Part shown: piece by piece, positions 1-7,981 of the stretch
Layout: every line of letters starts with the position of its first letter
Position numbering within the stretch: the first letter of the stretch is position 1
The notes under the pieces: generated by a model
Told to the model about the DNA's origin: nothing
Seen by the model: only the letters and a program-made list of their open reading frames with translations
Database searches by the model: none
IMG/VR virus record: IMGVR_UViG_3300029992_000006
Span: 1-59,109 of that record
DNA from: a virus
Lineage: Duplodnaviria > Caudoviricetes
Length of the DNA: 59,109 bases
Strand: one strand, 5' to 3'
Program-made: the position numbers and the translations under genes

Positions 1-58
1 GTACAGTTCGCCCCCTATTGCGGGCTGTGCTATTTACTGTTGATTGCAACCAGTCAAA

Positions 59-370
59 ATGGAAGCCCCACTTAGTCTGACCTTGCTAACCCGTCGTCTA
101 TTAGGGTTAGACGACGGTCTATTAATGACGTTGGATGGCGACGGCTACGGTAGCGGCGGCAGCGGCTACGGCAACGGCTACGGCTACGGCGGCGGCGGCG
201 ACGGCGACGGCTACGGCGGCGGCAGCGACATCGGATACGGCTACGGCAGCGGCGGCAGCGGCTACGGCAACGGCTACGGCTACGGCGGCGGCGGCGACGG
301 CGACGGCTACGGCAGCGGCGACGGCGACGGCGACGGCGGCGGCAGCAGCGGCGACGGCTACGGCAACTAA
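59..370 (+). CDS. Gly-rich low-complexity peptide, cassette copy 1 (LTRRLLGLDDG-LMTLDG leader plus GYG/GDG tail)
   Basis: ATG59; N-terminal motif shared with ORFs at 1451 and 3177; stop followed by TAAGGAG. Confidence 0.55.
   Translation: MEAPLSLTLLTRRLLGLDDGLLMTLDGDGYGSGGSGYGNGYGYGGGGDGDGYGGGSDIGYGYGSGGSGYGNGYGYGGGGDGDGYGSGDGDGDGGGSSGDGYGN
86..145 (+). repeat. 60-nt conserved leader with hairpin, copy 1
   Basis: 3 mismatches to copy 3; arms CCGTCGTCTA 91-100 and TAGACGACGG 108-117. Confidence 0.95.
152..313 (+). repeat. 66-nt direct repeat inside the Gly tract (152-217 and 248-313)
   Basis: Identical copies 96 nt apart, each encoding SGGSGYGNGYGYGGGGDGDGYG. Confidence 0.9.
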
Positions 371-383
371 TAAGGAGAAAGAC

Positions 384-1220
384 ATGCTACAAAACCAAGC
401 CATGATAGCAAATCTCAACATTCGCTCTTGGACAGCGCGCAAGCACGACCGCGCTGTCTCCAACGAAGTGGACGCTGCTCACAACGCACAGGAAGGTGGA
501 CGCTACAACAAGCTGCTGATCGATAAGTCAGCACTCGACCCGCTCACCAAGCATGCAGGGCGTGTACGGGAATATCACTATTCCCTCACCTTGCCATGGG
601 GCGACAACGGCGACCGGCTACTACCAGCCAAGGCGTACATGGACTACACCGCAACTATGAGGAAACTAAAAGATGAATATGCGTCCTATGCTCGTACATT
701 TGAGGCTTCCTACCCCCAACTCGTTGCCGATGCTCGGCAGCGCCTGGGCACCATGTACGATGCCAACGATTATCCCCCTATCAGCGACATACGCGACCGC
801 TTTGATATCCGCGTGGCATTTCAACCAGTCCCTGACGCTAAGGACTTTCGCGTCGATGTGGGGGACGAAGCTCTAGCTGAGATCAAAGCGAGCATCAACG
901 AAGCCGTAGCGGAACGTCAAGCCGGCGCAGTCAAAGAGTGCTGGGTACGGCTCAACGATGTAATCGGCAAGCTGTACACCATGATGATCAAGGACAAGCC
1001 AATCTTTCGTGACAGCATCATCGACAACGTGAAGGACTTGATCAGTATGCTGCCAAAGCTGAATATCACGAACGATCCTGCATTAAACGAAGTCTGCAAA
1101 AAGGTGTCCTTAGTCGTCAACTCAACTTCGCCACATTATCTACGCAAAAGCGCACGAATGCGCAACGACGTGGCGCTGGCTGCAGAAGGGGTGCTGCGTG
1201 AAATCGCCGATCATACTTGA
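384..1220 (+). CDS. DUF3150-like phage protein
   Basis: TAAGGAG before ATG384; WTARK, TLPWGDNGDRLL and LPKLNITNDP motifs. Confidence 0.7.
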   Translation: MLQNQAMIANLNIRSWTARKHDRAVSNEVDAAHNAQEGGRYNKLLIDKSALDPLTKHAGRVREYHYSLTLPWGDNGDRLLPAKAYMDYTATMRKLKDEYASYARTFEASYPQLVADARQRLGTMYDANDYPPISDIRDRFDIRVAFQPVPDAKDFRVDVGDEALAEIKASINEAVAERQAGAVKECWVRLNDVIGKLYTMMIKDKPIFRDSIIDNVKDLISMLPKLNITNDPALNEVCKKVSLVVNSTSPHYLRKSARMRNDVALAAEGVLREIADHT

Positions 1221-1449
1221 TGAATTTACCGATATGGACCCGACAAGAGACCCAGGCTACACAGCCATGAAGAATGCCCTCCATCGAATGCGCAATGGAA
1301 CCGACCAATTTGCAACACAAGCGGCACAGATTCTGACGATGAACACCAGCCAACGGAAAGCCTTCTATCGGCGCATGAAGAACGGCATGAATACCCCATT
1401 CATCAACGAGGTGCGGATGCAGACATTGGTGATGCGGCTAGGAGGATGA
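1198..1449 (+). CDS. hypothetical protein
   Basis: Fills the operon; start uncertain. Confidence 0.6.
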   Translation: MKSPIILDEFTDMDPTRDPGYTAMKNALHRMRNGTDQFATQAAQILTMNTSQRKAFYRRMKNGMNTPFINEVRMQTLVMRLGG

Positions 1450-1450
1450 G

Positions 1451-1669
1451 ATGGATACCCTCTTTAAACTAACCCGTCGTCTATTGGGGCTAGACGACGG
1501 GATATTAATGACGTTGGATGGCGACGGCTACGGCAGCTACCACGGCAACGGCAGCGGCTACGGCGTCAGCGGCTACGGCGACGGCGGCGGCAGCGGCGGC
1601 GGCGTAGGCGGCGACGGCAACAACGGCTACGGCGACGGCGACGGCCATGGTAGAGGTTACGACAATTAA
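1451..1669 (+). CDS. Gly-rich peptide, cassette copy 2
   Basis: GGAGG SD before ATG1451; same leader; stop overlaps TAAGGAG. Confidence 0.65.
   Translation: MDTLFKLTRRLLGLDDGILMTLDGDGYGSYHGNGSGYGVSGYGDGGGSGGGVGGDGNNGYGDGDGHGRGYDN
1469..1528 (+). repeat. 60-nt conserved leader with hairpin, copy 2
   Basis: 11-bp arms 1473-1483 and 1491-1501; 1 mismatch to copy 3. Confidence 0.95.
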
Positions 1670-1679
1670 GGAGCAAGAA

Positions 1680-1901
1680 ATGGCCAAAACGGAATTACCG
1701 AAGACCCACTACTACGATATGGCACTTACCCTACTCGCACTGGAAAACAAGAAATGGATATCGAACAAAAATACATATAACCACTGGGACCCCGAAACGC
1801 GGCTCTGGTGGATCAAGCGAGTAGAGGAAGAAGCCGCTAAAGGCTTGCCAATGGCAACTGAATTGGTTGCCAAGGCATTGATGATAAGGATGACGAAATG
1901 A
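1680..1901 (+). CDS. hypothetical protein
   Basis: TAAGGAG before ATG1680. Confidence 0.7.
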   Translation: MAKTELPKTHYYDMALTLLALENKKWISNKNTYNHWDPETRLWWIKRVEEEAAKGLPMATELVAKALMIRMTK

Positions 1902-2077
1902 ATACACATTACAAAGTATATTGGGAGATCGATATTTTCGCCGACTCCCCAGAAGCTGCTGCAGAGGTAGCATTGATGGCCCAGCGCGACTCTTCCTCGA
2001 CATGCACCTATTTCACAGTGTACGATGTCCGTACCGGAACTTCGATTGACGTCGACCTAAACACAAGCGGAGAATAA
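1898..2077 (+). CDS. small hypothetical protein (MNTHYKVYWEIDIFADSPEAAA..., 59 aa)
   Basis: Read manually; ATGA overlap with the upstream gene; fills the gap to the vWA gene. Confidence 0.7.
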   Translation: MNTHYKVYWEIDIFADSPEAAAEVALMAQRDSSSTCTYFTVYDVRTGTSIDVDLNTSGE

Positions 2078-2078
2078 G

Positions 2079-3176
2079 ATGAACGAACAAGCCAAAGCCA
2101 AAACCAAGCTCACCCGCGCCCGAGCAACGCTGATCCTCGATCAGCCGTTCTTCGGTGCGCTGGCTCTGCGCCTGCACCTCGTCGAAGACGAAAACACAAA
2201 GACCATGTCTGTGGACGGTAAGACGATCCGCTACAACCCGGACTTCGTGAACGAGTGCAGCGCTGGCCTCACCAAAGCCGTCGTCGCCCATGAGGTCATG
2301 CACTGCGTCCTTGATCATATGGGACGGCTTGCCGAACGCGACCACCGTAAATGGAATCAGGCTGCAGACTACGCCATCAATCAGATTCTGGAAGATGTCG
2401 GTTTCAGCTTCGAAGGCACCGGCCTTCTCAACCCTGCATTCAAAGGTAAATCCGCTGACGAGATTTACACACTCCTGCCGGATACCCCAGAAGGGCAGAG
2501 CGACCCACTCGACAATATGACCCCAGGCGATCCTGACCCTGCGGCCAAGGCTGAAGCTGCGCGCGACTGGAAAGTTGCCACCATCCAAGCCAAGGAAGCT
2601 GCCAAGATCATGGGCAAGCTACCACAAGAAATCGAACGCCTGATCGATGGCCTGCTGGCCGCACAGGTCGACTGGAAAGAAGTCTTGCGCCGCTTCATCA
2701 ACGAACGCAGCAAGGACGACTACTCTTGGGCACGTCCGAACCGGCACATGATCGTGCATGGCGTGTACATGCCCAGCCTGTATAGCGAGAACATGGGCGA
2801 CATCGTGATCGGCATCGATACATCGGGCAGCATCAGCAACAAGGTACTGGAAAAATTCAGCGCGGAGTGCGACGGAATCATCGCTGAAACGCGACCGGCG
2901 AACGTGCATGTCATCTATTGTGATGCCGCTGTAAACCGGGTACAGGTCTTCGCTCGCGGCGAGCCATTTAAACTGGAAGCATGCGGCGGAGGTGGCACGC
3001 GGTTCTCGCCCGTATTTGAAAAGGTCGAAGAACTGGGCATCCGTCCGGTGTGCCTCGTCTACTTGACGGACTTGTACGGGGATCATTCTTTTGATCCTCC
3101 TGATTATCCGACGCTCTGGTGCTGCACGACTTACAATGTTGGGGCATTCGGCGAGACCGTAAGAATAGAGATTTAA
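2079..3176 (+). CDS. DUF2201-type HExxH metallopeptidase-like plus vWA domain protein
   Basis: AHEVMH; MIDAS DTSGS; GGGGT; YLTDLYG. Confidence 0.9.
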   Translation: MNEQAKAKTKLTRARATLILDQPFFGALALRLHLVEDENTKTMSVDGKTIRYNPDFVNECSAGLTKAVVAHEVMHCVLDHMGRLAERDHRKWNQAADYAINQILEDVGFSFEGTGLLNPAFKGKSADEIYTLLPDTPEGQSDPLDNMTPGDPDPAAKAEAARDWKVATIQAKEAAKIMGKLPQEIERLIDGLLAAQVDWKEVLRRFINERSKDDYSWARPNRHMIVHGVYMPSLYSENMGDIVIGIDTSGSISNKVLEKFSAECDGIIAETRPANVHVIYCDAAVNRVQVFARGEPFKLEACGGGGTRFSPVFEKVEELGIRPVCLVYLTDLYGDHSFDPPDYPTLWCCTTYNVGAFGETVRIEI

Positions 3177-3278
3177 ATGTGTGCCCTCGTTAAACTAACC
3201 CGTCGTCTATTGGGGTTAGACGACGGGATATTAATGACGTTGGATGGCGACGGCGACGGCTACGGCAGCGGTAGTTAA
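3177..3278 (+). CDS. Gly-rich peptide, cassette copy 3 (33 aa, MCALVKLTRRLLGLDDGILMTLDGDGDGYGSGS)
   Basis: Read manually; ATG directly after the vWA stop; stop overlaps TAAGGAG. Confidence 0.55.
   Translation: MCALVKLTRRLLGLDDGILMTLDGDGDGYGSGS
3195..3254 (+). repeat. 60-nt conserved leader with hairpin, copy 3
   Basis: Arms CCCGTCGTCTA 3199-3209 and TAGACGACGGG 3217-3227. Confidence 0.95.
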
Positions 3279-3286
3279 GGAGAAAT

Positions 3287-3463
3287 ATGATGAGAACTCA
3301 ATTCGTACCAATAACTCCAGGAGGATCAGCCTGTGTACATCTGGCCTCGAAAACGGAGGTCGAGGCGTGGAAGAAACTGCTGAAAGATGCGGCGCACATG
3401 CCATACAAAACCAAAGAGAATTTCCAGAAGCGTGGATATACCGTTGAAGAATGGCCGGAGTAG
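3287..3463 (+). CDS. small hypothetical protein (MMRTQFVPITPGGS...HMPY...RGYTV, 58 aa)
   Basis: Read manually; TAAGGAG before ATG3287. Confidence 0.7.
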   Translation: MMRTQFVPITPGGSACVHLASKTEVEAWKKLLKDAAHMPYKTKENFQKRGYTVEEWPE

Positions 3464-3468
3464 ATAAA

Positions 3469-3681
3469 ATGAAAGTCAAAGAACTGATCTTGCGCTTGCA
3501 AGCCTGCGATCCTGAATTGATAGTCGTCGTAGACGGCTACGAAGGGGGCGTGACCGAAGTGCAGAACATTGTAGATCGCAAGCCCCTCAAACTGAACGTC
3601 AACGAAGATTGGTGGTATGGCGAGCACGAGATCGATAGCGCCGACCATGACTGCTTTGCAGTTTATATTTCAAGGGGCTAG
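3469..3681 (+). CDS. small phage protein (MKVKELI...VDGYEGG)
   Basis: GGAG SD; N-terminal motif common in phage early genes. Confidence 0.75.
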   Translation: MKVKELILRLQACDPELIVVVDGYEGGVTEVQNIVDRKPLKLNVNEDWWYGEHEIDSADHDCFAVYISRG

Positions 3682-3684
3682 ATA

Positions 3685-4093
3685 ATGGGCTACCGTTCAG
3701 ATGTCGCATACGTGATCGCCGGCAAGAAGGAAGCCATCATTGCCTTCCTGCTGGTGTGCAAAATGGATCACCCTGAGGTCAACCTCGCTATCGACGAATG
3801 TACAATCGGAAGACTGGAGAAAGGCGTGCTTTTCATCGGGTTCTGCGCCAGCGATGTGAAGTGGTGTCCTAATTACGAAGACGTTAAATGTCATGACGTT
3901 CTTTGGAGTCTCGCCCAAGACCAAGAAACCTTGGAAGGTCAAAAGTGCATTATCGGAGAAGACGACAACGACATCACCAATGATAATTTTGGGGGATGGT
4001 GAGTTTGAGCTTTGGAGCCGTTTATCGATTAGTCGTAGCCTCAACATTGATCTGAATCTTGGAAAAGAGCATGATATACGGGAGACAGCATGA
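3685..4093 (+). pseudogene. MGYRSDV-type phage protein, apparently frameshifted at T4G5 (3987-3995)
   Basis: ORF stops at 4002; the +1 frame continues to a stop overlapping the next ATG (4090-4093). Confidence 0.55.
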
Positions 4094-4797
4094 GCGGAAT
4101 TAAGGAGCAAATGGAAGTGGCGTATGCTCTATCAGATTGCATACTCGCCGAAGTCGAACAAACCGAGTTCACATTCGATGAACTTTCCGAACGCGCCAAG
4201 GAAAAGGTGCGCGGTAGGTACCGCGAAACCCAGCTCGACTATGAATGGTGGGAGTATGTATATGAGGACGCTGTAACGCTCGGCGCATTAATCGGTATTG
4301 AGGTCGGGACAAATAGATCAGCTCCGAAGAACGGAAAATCCTACACTGAACCAGACATCAGTTTCTCTGGCTTCTGCAATCAAGGTGACGGCTGCTGCTA
4401 CTCCGGCACTCTCCACATTGATCAACTGCAAGGATGCGAGGCTAAGGTCAAGGCAGAATGCAGTGACCCCCTTCTACTCAGCATAGCCAGAGATGGAGAA
4501 GCCTTGTTTCGAGACATTCTGGTCGCCCGTGTCGCTCAACGTATGCAAGGTGTGGCAAGCGAGGACGCCATGACTGAATACAGCCGTTTCAGCATCATCG
4601 GTAATAGCCGGTATTACGCCACATGCACGGATAACGACGACGAACAATTCGACCTCGATGACTACGTCTCATCATTCGCCGACTGGATTTACGGACGCCT
4701 CGAAGCCGAGCATGACTACCTAATGAGCGATGAATGTATCGACGAGTCGATCAAGCAGTATGAGACGCTTTATGACGAATTCGGCTCTGAAGTCTAA
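4090..4797 (+). CDS. acidic hypothetical phage protein
   Basis: GGAG SD; 235 aa; YEWW, FSGF-QGDG and LEAEHDYL motifs. Confidence 0.8.
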   Translation: MSGIKEQMEVAYALSDCILAEVEQTEFTFDELSERAKEKVRGRYRETQLDYEWWEYVYEDAVTLGALIGIEVGTNRSAPKNGKSYTEPDISFSGFCNQGDGCCYSGTLHIDQLQGCEAKVKAECSDPLLLSIARDGEALFRDILVARVAQRMQGVASEDAMTEYSRFSIIGNSRYYATCTDNDDEQFDLDDYVSSFADWIYGRLEAEHDYLMSDECIDESIKQYETLYDEFGSEV

Positions 4798-4933
4798 GTA
4801 AGACAATAGAAAGATAGAAGGGTATACTTAGATTCAACGCTCGACCACGGACATTGTTAGCAAGGCTTCACATGCTGAATGGCGGGTGCTACCCCGTTCG
4901 ACCAACTTCTGTAAGGGAGATTCAGCAGGTGAA

Positions 4934-4958
4934 TTTTTTTTTTTTTTTTTTTTTTTTT
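4934..4958 (+). repeat. poly-T homopolymer, 25 nt
   Basis: Counted directly. Confidence 0.9.
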
Positions 4959-4973
4959 GTCTGGAAATCTAAG

Positions 4974-5462
4974 ATGAGTCTAACGCAGCAGAGAGTGAGA
5001 GAGCTTTTCGATTATGACCCAGAGACCGGGGTTATGACCCGGCGCATTACGCCTTCCGCCCGCGCCAAGAAAGGCGAGATCGCCGGCTACGACGATGGTA
5101 AGGGTTATCTTCAAGTATCAATCGCCGGCAAAAAATACCGGCTCCACCGGCTCGTTTGGTTCTGGGTTCATGGTGTATGGCCAAAGAACGATGTTGACCA
5201 TCGGGACCGTAACCGCTCGAACAACCGGATCAAGAATTTAATGGCTGCGACGCGTGCCGAAAACTGCCATAACGCAGGGCTTGCGGCGCATAACACCTCT
5301 GGGTTCAAAGGCGTCAGCTGGTCAAAGAACATGAACAAGTGGGAAGCCAGGATCACCCTGAATGACTGCGGAAAAGTCCTCGGGTATTTCGACACACCAG
5401 AGCAAGCTTCTGCGGCGTACCTCGCCGCCAAACCAGCATATCACCCAACGGCGCCGATATGA
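4974..5462 (+). CDS. HNH homing endonuclease with AP2-like C-terminal domain
   Basis: LFDYDPETG; HRLVW; VDHRDRNRSNNRIKNL; NTSGFKGVSW...WEARI...LGYF. Confidence 0.9.
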   Translation: MSLTQQRVRELFDYDPETGVMTRRITPSARAKKGEIAGYDDGKGYLQVSIAGKKYRLHRLVWFWVHGVWPKNDVDHRDRNRSNNRIKNLMAATRAENCHNAGLAAHNTSGFKGVSWSKNMNKWEARITLNDCGKVLGYFDTPEQASAAYLAAKPAYHPTAPI

Positions 5463-6178
5463 AAACAATCCAGATAGTCCCAATCCCTCAGTGGTCAGCC
5501 TCAAAGCTCAAGACCTTCAGTCAATGCAAGCTCCGCACTCAACTTCAGTACGGGCAAAAGATTCCTGAGCCACCACGAGAGTTGAAGCCCGGGCAAACAG
5601 AATTTCCGAATGAACGCGGCAGCCGCATCCATTTGGAGGCCGAAAACTATGCGCAAGGGCAAGGCGAGCTTACTCCGGCACTGACAAAATTCCGCCCCGA
5701 GTTCGACTCACTGAAACAGCTCTATGCGGATGGGAAAGTAGAGATCGAGCAGGAGTGGGCGTTTGATCGTCGATGGGTTCCAGTCGAGTGGCGGTCTCCT
5801 GATGCCTGGCTTCGCGCGAAGCTCGACGTGATCGTTTTTCTGTCTGAGTATGAGGCAGTAATTGCGGACCATAAGACGGGCAAAAAGTTTGGCAATGAAG
5901 TCAGCCATATGCAGCAGATGCAGATTTATCAGCTGATCGCATTCCTACGCTACCCGAAGCTCGAATTTATAACGGTAGAACTTTGGTACCTCGATCAGGA
6001 CGATCTGACCCAGGCATCGTTCACTCGTGCCCAGGGGCTGCGATTTAAACCAGGCATCGAACGCCAGGCGCGAGCGCTAACCGACTGTACTGAGTTCCCT
6101 GCAAATCCCAACATTTTTACCTGCAAGTGGTGCCCCTACGGACCGACCGGCACCGGCCACTGTGAAAGGGGTGTGTGA
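5459..6178 (+). CDS. PD-(D/E)xK (RecB/Cas4-like) exonuclease
   Basis: WSASKL; RGSRIH; KLD...DHKTG; Q..Y; CKWCPY. Confidence 0.85.
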   Translation: MKTIQIVPIPQWSASKLKTFSQCKLRTQLQYGQKIPEPPRELKPGQTEFPNERGSRIHLEAENYAQGQGELTPALTKFRPEFDSLKQLYADGKVEIEQEWAFDRRWVPVEWRSPDAWLRAKLDVIVFLSEYEAVIADHKTGKKFGNEVSHMQQMQIYQLIAFLRYPKLEFITVELWYLDQDDLTQASFTRAQGLRFKPGIERQARALTDCTEFPANPNIFTCKWCPYGPTGTGHCERGV

Positions 6179-6396
6179 TGGGTGCATCAGACTGGGCATC
6201 AGGCACTGGCGGCTTGGCTTCCTCCGTGCGAAACCCCGGAAAAGCTAAAGCCAAGAGGGAAGAAAAGACGGGAGCGGTCATGGCTAAGAAAATCGCCAGT
6301 CAGCTCGACTATGAATCAGCGCGCCGTGCCAGCCAGAACAAGTTCTCGCCGGAAGAGATGCAGGCGGCAATTCTGAAATTCCAGGAGGCAACATGA
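6175..6396 (+). CDS. hypothetical protein
   Basis: Overlaps both neighbours by 4 nt. Confidence 0.6.
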   Translation: MMGASDWASGTGGLASSVRNPGKAKAKREEKTGAVMAKKIASQLDYESARRASQNKFSPEEMQAAILKFQEAT

Positions 6397-7751
6397 TCTA
6401 CAAACCAATGGCCCATCAGAAAGTCTCCCTGAAGGCGATGGAGAAGACCGACATCGTTTTCGACATGAGTGATCCGGGATCGGGCAAGACATTCGTGCAG
6501 ATCATGGCCTACGCCAAACGTCGCAAACGTGCTGGCGGCTGCGCCCTGGTCATCGCCCCGAAGTCCCTGCTACGTTCGGCATGGGAGGATGACTTTCGGA
6601 AATTCGCCCCGCAGATCATCTGCTCAGTAGCCTATGCAGAGAACCGGGATAAAGCCTTCGCTGCCGACGCCGATGTGTACATCACTAACATCGACGCGGT
6701 AACATGGCTACTGAAACAGAAGCCAGCATTCTTCAAGAAGTTTGACACTCTGATCATCGACGAGGTGAGCGCGTATAAGCACCACACCAGCGCCCGGTCC
6801 AAGGCGTTGAACAAGATCAAGAAGTATTTTCGGTACCGTTCGGCCATGTCCGGCACGCCGAACAGCAACACGATCTGCGACGTGTGGAATCCAGTACAGA
6901 TTCTCGACGACGGCAAACGGCTCGGCAGGCAGTTCTTCGGCTTCCGTGCAGCGGTCTGCGCGCCGGAACAAGTCGGCCCACGTCCTGAAATGCTTAAATG
7001 GACAGACAAAGAAGGCAGCGAAGAAGTGGTGTATGGACTGATCGCCGATATCACGATCCGGCACCGCTTCGAGGACTGCATCGATATTCCGGCCACGCAC
7101 AGCTACACGATGACCTACCACCTGACACCCAGGCAGAAGAAGGCATACCGCGAAATGGAGTCGACACAGATCATGTGGCTGAAGAAAGAAGCTGCGGTAA
7201 CTGCGATCAACGCAGCCGCCGTCACCACAAAGCTTTTGCAAATTTCTAGCGGTGCCGTGTATGAATCGTCGGAGAAATATCACGTTGTCGATACAGGCCG
7301 ATATGAGCTGATCCTTGATCTCGTCGAAGACCGCAAACACCCGCTTGTGTTCTTCCTGTGGAAACACCAGCGCGACGAACTCGTCAAACAGGCCGAGAAG
7401 CGCGGTCTGACGTACTGCGTGCTGGATGGACAGGCCACGGATAACGAGCGCACAGCAATGGTCAAGCACTATCAGGCAGGATTTTACGACGTGATGTTCG
7501 CCCACCCAAAGAGCGCAGCACATGGGCTGACGCTGACCCGTGGCAGCACTACGATCTGGGCCTCACCGACGTATGACCTGGAGCACTTCAGCCAGGGCAA
7601 CAAGCGGCAGGCGCGCGCCGGCCAGAAGGACAAGACCGAGATCATCGTGATCTTGGCCGAAGGCACGATTGAAACGAAGGTCTACGCACGACTGATGGAG
7701 AAGAACACGAAAATGAGCAATTTACTGGACTTGTTTGGGGAGGCGGCATGA
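6393..7751 (+). CDS. SNF2-like superfamily 2 helicase
   Basis: PGSGKT; IIDE; SGTP; HGLTL; QGNKRQARAGQ. Confidence 0.9.
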   Translation: MIYKPMAHQKVSLKAMEKTDIVFDMSDPGSGKTFVQIMAYAKRRKRAGGCALVIAPKSLLRSAWEDDFRKFAPQIICSVAYAENRDKAFAADADVYITNIDAVTWLLKQKPAFFKKFDTLIIDEVSAYKHHTSARSKALNKIKKYFRYRSAMSGTPNSNTICDVWNPVQILDDGKRLGRQFFGFRAAVCAPEQVGPRPEMLKWTDKEGSEEVVYGLIADITIRHRFEDCIDIPATHSYTMTYHLTPRQKKAYREMESTQIMWLKKEAAVTAINAAAVTTKLLQISSGAVYESSEKYHVVDTGRYELILDLVEDRKHPLVFFLWKHQRDELVKQAEKRGLTYCVLDGQATDNERTAMVKHYQAGFYDVMFAHPKSAAHGLTLTRGSTTIWASPTYDLEHFSQGNKRQARAGQKDKTEIIVILAEGTIETKVYARLMEKNTKMSNLLDLFGEAA

Positions 7752-7981
7752 ATCTGAGTACGCCTGAAAATGTCGAGCTACTGCAAGCAGCAGTCGAGGC
7801 AAAAGTTGCTTACTGGGACGCAATCTGCAATCTGGAACATGCGTTAAAAGTTGATGATGATCTCTCTGATCGTGCTAGTGATGCAATCCATGAATGGATT
7901 GAGTCAGCCGCCGTAAGCGGCGGAAACGATATCACAATGGACGACCTCAAAAGCGTAATCGAATTATCGGAGGTCGAATGA
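7748..7981 (+). CDS. small acidic hypothetical protein
   Basis: GGAGG SD; ATGA overlaps on both sides. Confidence 0.7.
   Translation: MNLSTPENVELLQAAVEAKVAYWDAICNLEHALKVDDDLSDRASDAIHEWIESAAVSGGNDITMDDLKSVIELSEVE

Noticed and set aside
86-110. Telomere-like words CTAACCC, TTAGGG and TTGGGG in the leader
   Set aside because: Single occurrences explained by local self-complementarity and Leu-Gly codons; no tandem array
122-463. Minus-strand poly-Ala/Val ORFs over the Gly tracts (also 1505-1687)
   Set aside because: Antisense shadows of stop-free GGC tracts, opposite to operon direction
86-3254. CRISPR array or DGR template/variable repeat pair
   Set aside because: Copies are 1.4-1.7 kb apart with genes between them, differences are not adenine-specific, and no RT or cas1/cas2 is present
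5459-6178. Cas4 as evidence of a CRISPR system
   Set aside because: Stand-alone PD-(D/E)xK nuclease in a normal helicase-polymerase context
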